Source: a virus
Lineage: Duplodnaviria > Caudoviricetes
IMG/VR virus record: IMGVR_UViG_3300031647_000934
Coordinates: 1 to 26,624 of that record
Direction: 5' to 3' (one strand)
Length of the DNA: 26,624 bases
Below, one piece after another: positions 1-9,614 of this stretch (positions within the stretch are counted from its first letter, which is position 1; each line of letters opens with the position of its first letter). A model generated the notes under the pieces. It searched no databases and was not told where the DNA came from. It saw only the letters and a program-made list of their open reading frames with translations. The position numbers and the translations under genes were made by a program.

Positions 1-300
1 CCTAATATTTCTTGTGGGTATATGTATGCGGCACAGAAAGCGGCATTGAATCATTATGCAAACAATATAACTTACAACTGCGTAGGCAAGCAATGCAGAG
101 TTACCACGCTAAACCTAGGTCTCATGGACAGCACTCTACCCAGTCTTGATTGGGGCCATGTGTACGAAATGATCAAAACTATTATAAGCACAGACGTAGA
201 TATACCAGATTTAACTATGCAACATTCGTATAACTACAAGATGCTACAACAGGATAAAGGCATATACCTTTGGAGTCTAAAAAATGAAAGCGGTAATTAG
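1..300 (+). CDS. Short-chain dehydrogenase/reductase (SDR)-like protein, C-terminal part (5' truncated by window edge)
   Basis: Frame is open from base 1 (PNISCGYMYAAQKAALNHYA...). YAAQKAAL matches the SDR catalytic YxxxK motif, followed by RVTTLNLGLMDS, which resembles the SDR 'rvn.i.PG...T' segment. The N-terminal Rossmann motif is outside the window. Confidence 0.6.
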   Translation, partial: PNISCGYMYAAQKAALNHYANNITYNCVGKQCRVTTLNLGLMDSTLPSLDWGHVYEMIKTIISTDVDIPDLTMQHSYNYKMLQQDKGIYLWSLKNESGN

Positions 301-1567
301 TCACAGAATATACATGGATTGTACAGAAGAAGTACAGGAGAGAATCGACAAAGAACTCACTTATACTATTCCTACGCACAATCCTCTTGATCCCCCAGAG
401 GTGATTAAGAATATGGGAATTATTCGTAAAGGGTTAGTGTCACTACCTATCGGACGTATGGACTTGATACCATCCAATTACGAAATAATTGATAAGCGGG
501 TACACAAGCCTATAGACTTTCCACCGTTTAAGTTTGAACTACGACAGAGCCAGCAAAAGGTACATGACGAGATCGAAGACAATGCCATAATTAACGCATG
601 GGTCAGTTGGGGCAAGACTTTTACAGGTTTAGCCATAGCAGGTAAACTCGGTCAGAAAACACTTGTTGTTGTCCATACTGTCCCTCTGCGTAATCAATGG
701 GCAAAAGAAGTAGAGAAAGTCTTTGGATTTAAAGCTGGCATCATAGGCAGTGGAAGATTTGAACTTGATGCTCCTATCGTAATTGGGAATACGCAGACTT
801 TGTACCGAAACGTAGACAAGATTCGTAAAGAGTTTGGGACAGTCATACTAGACGAGATGCACCATGTTAGCAGTCCGACCTTCAGTAAGATACTAGATAC
901 AAATTACTGTAGATATAAGATAGGTTTATCAGGAACTATAGAAAGAAAGGATGGTAAACACGTTGTGTTCAGAGATTACTTTGGTAATACTCTTTTCAAG
1001 CCACCAAAAGAAAACTATATGACCCCTAAGGTACATCTGGTTGCATCTGAGATTCGTTTTATGGATGGGGCTAAAATACCTTGGGCTAACAGAGTGACTA
1101 AGCTAGCTAACGATGAAGAGTATAGGCACACAGTAGCAATGTTAGCCGCTGCTTATGCCGCTAGAGGTCATAAGGTTCTAGTAGTAAGTGATAGAGTAAG
1201 TTTTTTGAAGGCGTGCTCTGAGCTTACAGGAGACAAATCAGTTTGTGTAACAGGAGACGTACCACACGAAGACAGAGAAAAGCTAGTAGATGAGATACTC
1301 TACGGAGACAAAAACGTATTATATGGGACTCAAGCAATTTTCTCAGAAGGTATATCAGTAGATACCCTTAGTTGTCTTATACTGGCAACACCTATAAACA
1401 ATGAGCCTTTATTGACACAGCTATGTGGACGTGTGATTCGTAAAAAAGAAGGTAAGATTGACCCGGTTATTATAGACATACACTTAAAAGGAAACACAGC
1501 GCGAAAGCAAGCCTCAAACCGTGTAGGCTTCTACATGAAACAAGGCTGGGAGATGAAATACTTATGA
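284..1567 (+). CDS. D10: Superfamily 2 DNA helicase, T5 D10/UvsW-like
   Basis: Q-motif ELRQSQ, Walker A-like SWGKT, DEMHH (DExH), LSGT motif III, QLCGRVIR motif VI. Lies upstream of D11-D15 as in T5. Confidence 0.9.
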   Translation: MKAVISHRIYMDCTEEVQERIDKELTYTIPTHNPLDPPEVIKNMGIIRKGLVSLPIGRMDLIPSNYEIIDKRVHKPIDFPPFKFELRQSQQKVHDEIEDNAIINAWVSWGKTFTGLAIAGKLGQKTLVVVHTVPLRNQWAKEVEKVFGFKAGIIGSGRFELDAPIVIGNTQTLYRNVDKIRKEFGTVILDEMHHVSSPTFSKILDTNYCRYKIGLSGTIERKDGKHVVFRDYFGNTLFKPPKENYMTPKVHLVASEIRFMDGAKIPWANRVTKLANDEEYRHTVAMLAAAYAARGHKVLVVSDRVSFLKACSELTGDKSVCVTGDVPHEDREKLVDEILYGDKNVLYGTQAIFSEGISVDTLSCLILATPINNEPLLTQLCGRVIRKKEGKIDPVIIDIHLKGNTARKQASNRVGFYMKQGWEMKYL

Positions 1568-2355
1568 TAAGACCAAACTTTAAATTCGAAGATTTAATTG
1601 CTCCTATGACTATAGAAGCATTTAGAAGCACTGTTAAAAACAAAAAACCTATAGTTATTAGAAAAAATAACTTTAAAGAACATTTCTTTAGTAACATTAC
1701 AACTTGGTCAGATATTTCTAAGTATGTAGCAAATGATAGAGCTAGTTCTGGTCTGCAGATGATTAAACCGGACGGTACTAAGTTATGTAAAGAGAGAAAT
1801 AATTTACACACTAAGCCTATCCCTGCCTGGACAGCTAAAGACTGGTACGATAAAGACATGGTTAAAGATATCTGGCTAGAAGGTGGTAGTATGATTCTTA
1901 CAAAAGCTTCTATGATGAGTCCTAATATGTCTGCTATATCTGCCTGTTTAGAACAAGAGTTTAAGAATAGTGCTGCTGATGCACATTTTTATTGCTCGCC
2001 AAAGAAAAATGCAGTCTCTTTTGAAAGCCATGCAGATCAAGATGATAACTTTCTAGTACATGCAATAGGTAGTGTACACTGGAAAGTATATGATGTATTC
2101 GCAAGAAGCGAAACAGTAGAAGGAAGAAAAAAGTTTACTAGTAGACTTACCATGACAGATAAAGAAGCTAGCAAATTTAATACGATTATTGATACAATTT
2201 TACACCCAGGAGACTTATTGTATATTCCTTCAGGTATGTTTCATAAAGCTGTTCCGGAGACCGCAAGAGTTTCTATATCGGTGCCTCTACAGGAAAATAC
2301 AAGTTCGTTACCCATAAATAGAAATTATTTTGACTTTGAAAAAAATAATTCTTGA
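1564..2355 (+). CDS. JmjC/cupin-domain Fe(II)/2-oxoglutarate oxygenase (YcfD/RoxA-like)
   Basis: HxD...H triad (SHADQDDNFLVH ... GMFHKA) and signatures AHFYCSP, GSVHWKVY, LHPGDLLYIPSG. ATGA overlap with the D10 stop. Confidence 0.85.
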   Translation: MIRPNFKFEDLIAPMTIEAFRSTVKNKKPIVIRKNNFKEHFFSNITTWSDISKYVANDRASSGLQMIKPDGTKLCKERNNLHTKPIPAWTAKDWYDKDMVKDIWLEGGSMILTKASMMSPNMSAISACLEQEFKNSAADAHFYCSPKKNAVSFESHADQDDNFLVHAIGSVHWKVYDVFARSETVEGRKKFTSRLTMTDKEASKFNTIIDTILHPGDLLYIPSGMFHKAVPETARVSISVPLQENTSSLPINRNYFDFEKNNS

Positions 2356-2380
2356 CAAAAACGTTAAAAGGAAGTATAAT
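2338..2380 (+). promoter_or_regulatory. Consensus sigma70 promoter with A-tract UP element
   Basis: TTGACA at 2352-2357, 17-bp spacer, TATAAT at 2375-2380, preceded by GAAAAAAATAATTC. Confidence 0.9.
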
Positions 2381-2381
2381 A

Positions 2382-2783
2382 GTGCTCTTATTTGATTGGA
2401 AAAAGGTTTTTGATACGACACACGGCAATATTGCTGAGTGTAATTTGGTTATGGAAATGTTAATAAAACAACAGATCCCTAGAAACAAATACGACAGTAT
2501 CTATAAACATTCTAATAAAGATTTTTCTGGCGACAGCTTTCTTCTTCATGGAGAGATGCTTCTTTACCATTCTTATAAGTATACACAAAAAGAACTTTGC
2601 ATATATTACGCCCTTGCTGCATTACGCAGTACTGCGGAATATCTCGCATCGTACAAAACTACGCTAGACCCACTACATTGTCCTGTGGGCTTAGATGAAA
2701 TCAACGATAATAGGCTACTCATAGTACTACCGGACGAAATAACGTTCATCTATGAAGAAGTCACACTGGAGACTATACACTAA
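2382..2783 (+). CDS. Hypothetical protein at the T5 position between D10 and D11; start uncertain (GTG 2382 or ATG 2451)
   Basis: Open frame whose TAA overlaps the D11 ATG (TAATG). The TTG start at 2352 in the ORF track is part of the -35 box and is unlikely to be real. Confidence 0.6.
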   Translation: MLLFDWKKVFDTTHGNIAECNLVMEMLIKQQIPRNKYDSIYKHSNKDFSGDSFLLHGEMLLYHSYKYTQKELCIYYALAALRSTAEYLASYKTTLDPLHCPVGLDEINDNRLLIVLPDEITFIYEEVTLETIH

Positions 2784-3409
2784 TGGCACTATCATTTAAT
2801 AAGCAAACGGGCGGAGCCCAAAAATCCTCAATCTCAACCTATCAGTATAAAGACGGAGACAACAAGATGCGCGTAGTTGGCGACATTCTTGCACGTTATG
2901 TCTACTGGATTAAAGGTGAGAACGACAAAAACATTCCTATGGAGTGCCTATCTTTTGATAGAAACTCTGAAAGATTTAATAATCAAGACAAAGACTGGGT
3001 TAGAGAGTATTACCCTGACCTTAAATGTGGTTGGAGCTACGCTACTCAGTGTATTCAAGATGGCGAAGTCAAAGTAGTAAACTTAAAGAAGAAGCTGTGG
3101 GAGCAAATTATTACTGCCGCAGAAGATTTAGGCGATCCTACTGACCATAATACTGGCTGGGACATTTGTTTCAAGCGAGTAAAAACTGGCCCACTTCCTT
3201 ACAATGTTGAGTACCAACTACAAGCACTCAAGTGCAAGCCTCGTGCCCTAGATGCGGCTGAGTTAGCGGCTATTGCCGACCTTAAGTCTATGGATGATGT
3301 TATGTCTCGTCCTACTCCAGATGCACAGAAAGAGTTACTTGATCGAGTCCGTAACCACGGTAATGAGACTGATGATGAAGCTCTTGATGAGGAGTTCAAC
3401 GTAGGATGA
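2783..3409 (+). CDS. D11: T5 D11-like single-stranded DNA-binding protein
   Basis: Aromatic-rich OB-type core (RYVYW, WSYATQC, GWDICFKRVKTGP), acidic C-terminal tail (ETDDEALDEEF), and T5 synteny. Confidence 0.8.
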   Translation: MALSFNKQTGGAQKSSISTYQYKDGDNKMRVVGDILARYVYWIKGENDKNIPMECLSFDRNSERFNNQDKDWVREYYPDLKCGWSYATQCIQDGEVKVVNLKKKLWEQIITAAEDLGDPTDHNTGWDICFKRVKTGPLPYNVEYQLQALKCKPRALDAAELAAIADLKSMDDVMSRPTPDAQKELLDRVRNHGNETDDEALDEEFNVG

Positions 3410-4365
3410 TCCTATTTACGGCAGACTGGCACATCAAGCTGGGACAGAAAAATGTCCCAGTAAAGTGGGCTACAAACCGTTATCAAATGTTCTTTGACCA
3501 AGTTTACGAACTAGAAAAAGAATGTAATATGCACATAATCGGAGGCGATCTCTTTGATCGTCTTCCGAATATGGAAGAGTTAGAGCTTTACTTCAGGTTT
3601 ATTCGTGGAGTAAAGATTCCAACTATTATTTATGATGGAAACCATGAAGCTACTAAAAAGAATAAGACTTTCTTTACTCAGCTAAAGCAAGTTAGTAGGG
3701 ATATTAATCCTCTTATTCAGATAGTAGATGTGTCTTATGTAGACAATGATTTAGGTTTCGGTATACTGCCCTATGCGGATTTACATCGTAAGGGCAGTAT
3801 AGATCATTTTGATACGAGTCAGCCTTTATTCACTCATGTCAGAGGGGAGATACCGCCACACGTTAAACCGGAAGTTGATCTAGACTTATTTGAAGACTTC
3901 CCTGTTGTATTCGCAGGAGACTTACATGCTCATAGTAATACACAAAGAAATATTGTATACCCAGGCAGCCCTATGACTACTTCTTTTCATAGAAGCAAAG
4001 TAAAAACAGGATACTTATTTATCAATGAAGAAGACTGGAGTTGGTTCTGGGAACCGTTTAACTTACCTCAACTAATTCGTAAAACAGTAACAAGTAGTGA
4101 AGAAATGCTTGCTACTGACTTTGATCATACGATCTATGAAGTAGAAGGGGACATGCAAGATTTAGCAGGAGTAAAGAACTCCGAGTTGTTAGATAAAAAA
4201 GTAGTAAAACGAAAGTCAGAAGCATCTCTCATTATGGATAAAGAGATGAGTATACAAGAAGAGCTAGTAGAGTACCTAACTTACATACTAGAAATACACC
4301 CTGATAAAATACCAGACATCATAGGAACATACAATGATTACACTACAAACATTGAAATGGGATAA
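3406..4365 (+). CDS. D12: SbcD/Mre11-like metallophosphoesterase nuclease (T5 D12)
   Basis: Motifs ADWH, GGDLFD, GNHE, GDLH, YPGS. Adjacent to the SbcC-like ATPase. Confidence 0.92.
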   Translation: MILFTADWHIKLGQKNVPVKWATNRYQMFFDQVYELEKECNMHIIGGDLFDRLPNMEELELYFRFIRGVKIPTIIYDGNHEATKKNKTFFTQLKQVSRDINPLIQIVDVSYVDNDLGFGILPYADLHRKGSIDHFDTSQPLFTHVRGEIPPHVKPEVDLDLFEDFPVVFAGDLHAHSNTQRNIVYPGSPMTTSFHRSKVKTGYLFINEEDWSWFWEPFNLPQLIRKTVTSSEEMLATDFDHTIYEVEGDMQDLAGVKNSELLDKKVVKRKSEASLIMDKEMSIQEELVEYLTYILEIHPDKIPDIIGTYNDYTTNIEMG

Positions 4366-6124
4366 CTGCTTTAGCTATGGTGCGGGTAATGAGTTACGTT
4401 TAGACGATAATACTGTCACACAGATCCTTGGCACTAACGGTATGGGAAAGTCTTCCATACCGTTAATTATTGAGGAAGTTCTTTATAATAAAAACTCTAA
4501 AGGCATTAAGAAAGCAGACATTCCTAATCGTTATGTAAATGACGGTTATAGCATATCTTTGTCGTTCAAGAAAGATGACGACAACTATCAAATCATAGTT
4601 AATAGAAAAACAAATATTAAAGTAAAACTCGAAAAGAATGGTACTGATATATCTAGCCATACGGCTACGAATACATATAAGAGTTTGCAGGAAATTCTTG
4701 GAGTTGACTTTAAAACCTTTTCGCAGTTAGTATACCAGAATACAAATGCTAGTTTACAGTTTTTGACTGCTACAGATGCAAACCGTAAGAAGTTTCTTAT
4801 TGATTTACTACACTTAGAAAAGTACGTTGAACTATTTGAAGTATTTAAAAGTGCTTCAAAAGAAGTATCTAGTACGTCTTCTACCATAGCAGGGAAACTT
4901 GCAACAGTAGAAAAGTGGTTAGAAACAAATAAATTGAGTGATACCAATATACTACCTATGTTGGATTTACAAATTGATTCGCCTGAAGCTGAAGAAGGTT
5001 TGCGTTACTGGACGATACAGAAACTAAAAATGTCCGAAACAAATAAAAAAATTCGAGAGAACATCCAATATAAAGAACTGCTAGATAAGATAGATATTGG
5101 CGCAGTGTCTTCTAGTACAGCTACGTGGAGTTCTTATGATGAATTACAAGAGGAGTTAGGTTCTTTGCAAGCAGTCGCTACGGGTGCTCAACGAACTTTG
5201 GATAAATTAGAACAAATTTCTGATGAGTGTCCTACTTGTAAGCAACCTATTGATGTTTCTGCAGAGAAAGCGGTTATCGAAGTAGAGATTGCAAATCGTG
5301 ACGCGGCCCACGCTCAAGCGTTAAAGATTCGTCCTCTAATTCAGAAAATTAAATCGGATAACGCTTTGTTTGAAGTTAAGCAGAAAACAATAAAAAACTG
5401 GGAAGAGTTATTTCGTTTATATGATCCTAAACTTCCTGACTACGTCCTTGAAGAAGCCGAGATTGATGCAAGCTTACAACACTGTGAACGTATGGTAGCT
5501 GAGAATAAAAGACAGAAAGCAGCAAACTATGTTGAGAACGAGCAGAGAACGCGTAGAAATACACGAATCCAAGTAATACAAGAGCAGACAGCAGAATTTG
5601 TGGAGCAGCAAGAAGAGTACGACGGTAAACTAGCAGGCAACCAAAAACTAGAAAACGACTTAGAAGTACTCAAAAAATCCTTTAGCACAAACGGATTGCT
5701 GGCGTATAAGATAGAGAACTTAGTTGGAGAGCTAGAAGAGCTAGCGAATGAGTACTTAGCTGAACTATCTGACGGAAGATTTACCTTAGAGTTTGTTGTT
5801 TCAAACGATAAACTAAATGTACAGATCACTGATAATGGTAATGTAGTAGATATTCTAGCCCTTTCTTCTGGCGAGTTAGCAAGAGTAAATACTGCTACTT
5901 TGATAGCTATTCGTAGGCTAATGAGTAGTATATCTAAGTCTAAAATCAATGTGCTATTTTTAGATGAAGTACTTAGTGTTCTGGATGATGCCGGAAAAGA
6001 GCGTATAGTAGAAGTTCTATTAAGAGAAGACATGAATACTTACCTAGTATCTCACGGGTGGTCACACCCTTTGCTAGAAAAGATCGAAGTAGTCAAGGAC
6101 GGAAACATAAGTATATTGGAGTAA
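4334..6124 (+). CDS. D13: SbcC/Rad50-like ATPase (T5 D13)
   Basis: Walker A GTNGMGKS, coiled coil with CPTC zinc hook, signature LSSGE, Walker B LFLDE, H-loop VSH. Confidence 0.92.
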   Translation: MITLQTLKWDNCFSYGAGNELRLDDNTVTQILGTNGMGKSSIPLIIEEVLYNKNSKGIKKADIPNRYVNDGYSISLSFKKDDDNYQIIVNRKTNIKVKLEKNGTDISSHTATNTYKSLQEILGVDFKTFSQLVYQNTNASLQFLTATDANRKKFLIDLLHLEKYVELFEVFKSASKEVSSTSSTIAGKLATVEKWLETNKLSDTNILPMLDLQIDSPEAEEGLRYWTIQKLKMSETNKKIRENIQYKELLDKIDIGAVSSSTATWSSYDELQEELGSLQAVATGAQRTLDKLEQISDECPTCKQPIDVSAEKAVIEVEIANRDAAHAQALKIRPLIQKIKSDNALFEVKQKTIKNWEELFRLYDPKLPDYVLEEAEIDASLQHCERMVAENKRQKAANYVENEQRTRRNTRIQVIQEQTAEFVEQQEEYDGKLAGNQKLENDLEVLKKSFSTNGLLAYKIENLVGELEELANEYLAELSDGRFTLEFVVSNDKLNVQITDNGNVVDILALSSGELARVNTATLIAIRRLMSSISKSKINVLFLDEVLSVLDDAGKERIVEVLLREDMNTYLVSHGWSHPLLEKIEVVKDGNISILE

Positions 6125-6126
6125 CA

Positions 6127-6306
6127 ATGGGCGCAGGTAGAAAAAGGGGTTGGTGGAGATCACATAACCATCCCACTGAAATATTAGGGACTAATCCCGA
6201 AGAAATAGAAGAAGAGGATGAAGATGGTAGATTCGAGAGCGAAGGGAGCGAGAGGCGAGTACCTAGTGAGGGACACGTTGAGGGAAGCGACCGGACTGAA
6301 ATTTGA
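6127..6306 (+). CDS. Possible small protein (59 aa, basic N-terminus, acidic middle) overlapping D14
   Basis: GGAG 5 nt upstream of ATG 6127, right after the D13 stop. Fills the D13-D14 gap but overlaps D14 by about 80 nt. Confidence 0.35.
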   Translation: MGAGRKRGWWRSHNHPTEILGTNPEEIEEEDEDGRFESEGSERRVPSEGHVEGSDRTEI

Positions 6307-6670
6307 AAGAGTGCCTGCCTCGGGCGCTCTTGAGTATCTGAAAGGGGACTTATATGTCCCTAATCAGAGAAATCATTATTGCATAGAGGTAAAAAATTAT
6401 AAAGATTCGGCACTGACTGATAGAATCTTTACACAACCTAAGACTAATAATCTTATACGTTGGTGGAAGAAAGTAGTAATACAAGCGGCAGGGGGCGATC
6501 AAAAGCCTATGCTATTTTTTAAATATGATCGATCAAGAGTGTTTGTAGTAACCGAGAATAAACCAGAAAACACAGAAGAGTATCTCTATATTCGTTTTCT
6601 TAATTGTTATGTACTACTTGCAGATATTTGGTTGGCAACAGAAAAGACGGAGTGGATAGGTGGCTTTTAA
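6224..6670 (+). CDS. D14: T5 D14-like PD-(D/E)xK endonuclease / Holliday junction resolvase-like
   Basis: SRAKGARGE, GDL and IEVK motifs of Hjc-type resolvases. GAGGA RBS favours ATG 6224 over 6218. T5 synteny. Confidence 0.85.
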   Translation: MVDSRAKGARGEYLVRDTLREATGLKFERVPASGALEYLKGDLYVPNQRNHYCIEVKNYKDSALTDRIFTQPKTNNLIRWWKKVVIQAAGGDQKPMLFFKYDRSRVFVVTENKPENTEEYLYIRFLNCYVLLADIWLATEKTEWIGGF

Positions 6671-7481
6671 TTTTAATGAACGCAACCAAGATGGTGTACT
6701 AATAGTAGATGCACTAAACTTAGCTTTTCGGTGGAAGCATCAAGGTAGGACAGATTTTAGAGATCAATATGTAGAAACAGTAAAATCCTTAGCAAGCTCA
6801 TACAATTGTGGTACAATTATTATTACCGCAGATTGGGGCTCCTCTAGTTATAGAAAAGGTATTTTACCGGAATACAAACAGAATCGAAAAGATAAGTATG
6901 CTACACAGACAGAAGCAGAGAAACAAGCATTTATTGACTTTTTTGAAGAGTATGAAGAAACACTAGAGCTGTTATCAGAAAGCTATCAGGTTCTTCGCTA
7001 CAAAGGTGTAGAGGCAGATGATCTTGCTGCCCACTTAGTAAAACGTAAGGAAGAGTACAATTTAGATAATATTTGGTTACTATCTAGTGACCGAGACTGG
7101 GACTTACTGATTCAAAAAGGTGTAAGTAGGTTTTCTTATGTTACTCGAAAAGAAGTAACAATAGACAACTGGAGCGAACATTACGGAGTTAAACCAGAAG
7201 AGTATATCTCTTTTAAATGTTTAACAGGAGATAAAGGAGATAATGTTCCAGGTATCAACGGCATAGGGCCAAAAAGAGCACAACAGCTTATAGAACAGTA
7301 CGGCGATGCAATGTCAATTTATGATTGTATACCCTTAGAGGGAAAATACAAGTACATACAAGAGTTAAATCAAAATGCAGACGTACTTCTAAAGAATTAT
7401 GAGTTGATGGATTTAGTAACATATTGCGATGATGCAATAGGAAAGGACAATGTGTCCGATATTCAGGAGAGAATGGTATAA
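6660..7481 (+). CDS. D15: 5'-3' exonuclease / flap endonuclease (T5 D15)
   Basis: IVDALN, YKQNR, EADD, SSDRD and the H3TH motif LTGDKGDNVPGINGIGPKRA. Confidence 0.93.
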   Translation: MAFNFNERNQDGVLIVDALNLAFRWKHQGRTDFRDQYVETVKSLASSYNCGTIIITADWGSSSYRKGILPEYKQNRKDKYATQTEAEKQAFIDFFEEYEETLELLSESYQVLRYKGVEADDLAAHLVKRKEEYNLDNIWLLSSDRDWDLLIQKGVSRFSYVTRKEVTIDNWSEHYGVKPEEYISFKCLTGDKGDNVPGINGIGPKRAQQLIEQYGDAMSIYDCIPLEGKYKYIQELNQNADVLLKNYELMDLVTYCDDAIGKDNVSDIQERMV

Positions 7482-9370
7482 TGGATCAGTATCAAAGTTT
7501 TATACATAAAAGTAGATATGCACGATGGCTAGAAGTAGAGGGACGTCGAGAGACATGGGAAGAGACAGTACATCGTTATGTTAATTTCTTTAAGGAAAGA
7601 GAACAGTTAAACGACGAAGAAGGTCAAGAACTATTTGACGCTATCCAAGCTATGGAGGTTATGCCTTCTATGCGATGCATGATGACAGCAGGTGAAGCAC
7701 TCAAACGTGATAACGTAGCAGGCTTTAACTGTAGTTACTTACATATTGACCATCCACGAGCTTTTGACGAGCTTATGTATGTACTAATGTGTGGAACAGG
7801 TGTAGGCTTTAGTGTAGAACGTAATTTCATTACTAAACTACCAGAAGTAGCTGAATCATTCCACAAAACAAGCTCCACTATTGTAGTAAGTGACAGTAAA
7901 CTAGGATGGGCAAGTGCCTTTCGTGAGTTGATTGCAATGCTTTATGCAGGTAAATTACCTGAGTGGGATATGAGCCGAGTACGTCCAGCAGGTGCCAGGC
8001 TTAAAACCTTTGGTGGAAGAGCGTCAGGCCCAGAACCTTTAGAAGACTTATTTCGTTTTTGTAGTGTAGTCTTTCAAAAAGCAGCGGGTCGTAAACTAAC
8101 AAGTATAGAATGTCATGATGTTTGTTGTAAGATTGCTGATATTGTAGTAGTTGGCGGTGTTCGTCGTTCTGCTCTCATTAGTCTTTCAAATCTTTCTGAC
8201 CAACGTATGTCAAAAGCTAAGTCTGGTGCTTGGTGGGAGAATGAAGGTCAACGTCGTCTAGCAAATAACTCAGTAGCATATACCGAGAAGCCTGACTTCG
8301 AAGCCTACCTTACTGAGATGAAAAACTTGTACGAATCTAAGGCAGGTGAGCGGGGTCTCTTTAGTCGCGTAGCGGCACAGAAGATTGCGGCAAGAAATGG
8401 TCGTAGAGATGCTACGCATGAGTTCGGTACTAACCCTTGTTCTGAGATTATTCTACGAAGCAATGAGTTCTGTAACCTATCAGAAGTAGTTGTACGATCA
8501 GATGATGATTTAGACTCATTGAAAAGAAAAGTAAGAATAGCGACCATTATTGGTACTTTGCAGTCTACATTGACAGACTTTAGGTATCTACGGGTGCGTT
8601 GGAAGCGTAATACTGAAGAAGAAGCATTGTTAGGCGTGAGCTTAACTGGAATTATGGATCATGATATACTAGGAGGCAAGATGGGTGCCGAGTCTCCTAT
8701 GTTAGCAACATGGTTAGAGGAGATGAGAGATGTTAGTATTGAAACAAATAAAGAATGGGCTGCAAAACTTGGCGTTAATCAGTCTGTGGCTATTACTTGT
8801 GTTAAGCCGAGTGGTACTGTTTCTCAGCTTGTTGACTCTGCTTCCGGTATACATCCTAGGTTCTCTAAGCATTATATTCGGAGAGTACGTAGCGATAAGA
8901 AAGACCCTCTTGCACTCTATATGGAACAAGCAGGATTCCCCGTAGAAAATGATGTTATGTCACCTTCTTCGGTAGTCTTTAGCTTTCCTGTAAAAGCACC
9001 TGAGTCTAGTACTTGTGTGAAGGAAGTAGGAGCAATGGAACAACTGGCTTTATGGAAGACATATCAGAATCATTGGTGTGAACATAAACCGAGTGTGACT
9101 GTATACTATACAGATAGTGAGTATCTACAAGTTGCGCAGTGGATTTGGGATAATTTTGATATGTGTTCGGGTATTAGTTTGCTACCTACAAGTGACCATG
9201 TATATCAACAGGCTCCTTATGAAGAGATCAGTGCTGAGAAGTACGAAGAATTACTGGCAGCAATGCCACAAAATGTAAATTGGGCTGATTTAGCTCAGTT
9301 TGAAATGGAAGATAACACAACCGGATCTCAAGAACTCGCCTGTGTTGGCGGAGCCTGTGAGATCATATAA
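7481..9370 (+). CDS. nrdJ: Class II (adenosylcobalamin-dependent) ribonucleotide reductase
   Basis: FNCS, GTGVGFS, VVVGGVRRSA, TNPCSEI (thiyl Cys), FCNLSE, TCVKPSGTVSQL, WCEHKPS and C-terminal CVGGACEI redox pair. No ATP cone and no adjacent nrdB. Confidence 0.88.
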   Translation: MDQYQSFIHKSRYARWLEVEGRRETWEETVHRYVNFFKEREQLNDEEGQELFDAIQAMEVMPSMRCMMTAGEALKRDNVAGFNCSYLHIDHPRAFDELMYVLMCGTGVGFSVERNFITKLPEVAESFHKTSSTIVVSDSKLGWASAFRELIAMLYAGKLPEWDMSRVRPAGARLKTFGGRASGPEPLEDLFRFCSVVFQKAAGRKLTSIECHDVCCKIADIVVVGGVRRSALISLSNLSDQRMSKAKSGAWWENEGQRRLANNSVAYTEKPDFEAYLTEMKNLYESKAGERGLFSRVAAQKIAARNGRRDATHEFGTNPCSEIILRSNEFCNLSEVVVRSDDDLDSLKRKVRIATIIGTLQSTLTDFRYLRVRWKRNTEEEALLGVSLTGIMDHDILGGKMGAESPMLATWLEEMRDVSIETNKEWAAKLGVNQSVAITCVKPSGTVSQLVDSASGIHPRFSKHYIRRVRSDKKDPLALYMEQAGFPVENDVMSPSSVVFSFPVKAPESSTCVKEVGAMEQLALWKTYQNHWCEHKPSVTVYYTDSEYLQVAQWIWDNFDMCSGISLLPTSDHVYQQAPYEEISAEKYEELLAAMPQNVNWADLAQFEMEDNTTGSQELACVGGACEII

Positions 9371-9381
9371 GGATAGCTAAA

Positions 9382-9609
9382 ATGAGTAATGAACCAGAGT
9401 TTGAAAAACAAGAAGTAACTATTGATGATGTAACGTACTACTACGAAGATTTACCAGAGACAATACGACATATCTTAGGTGAAGTAAGTGTGTGCAGGAG
9501 TAAGAAAGAAGAGCTAGAGAAAGATATACAGAGAGCAGATATGATGCAAGCTGGATATGTCAGTGCCCTGAAAGAGGAAATGGATAAGTATTTATCTGCT
9601 AATGACTAA
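9382..9609 (+). CDS. Hypothetical 75-aa acidic coiled-coil protein
   Basis: AAGGA RBS. VTIDDVTYYYEDLPE is followed by a heptad-like helix. Last gene before the terminator. Confidence 0.7.
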   Translation: MSNEPEFEKQEVTIDDVTYYYEDLPETIRHILGEVSVCRSKKEELEKDIQRADMMQAGYVSALKEEMDKYLSAND

Positions 9610-9614
9610 GTAAG

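Noticed and set aside
1470-8945. Short overlapping or antisense ORFs in the replication block (e.g. 1470-1859, 4588-4947, 5527-6033, 8305-8547)
   Set aside because: They lie within well-supported genes and have no recognisable motifs.
284-9370. Inteins, introns or homing endonucleases in the helicase, nucleases or RNR
   Set aside because: Protein lengths and motif spacing are compact, and I saw no splice-junction, HNH or LAGLIDADG motifs.
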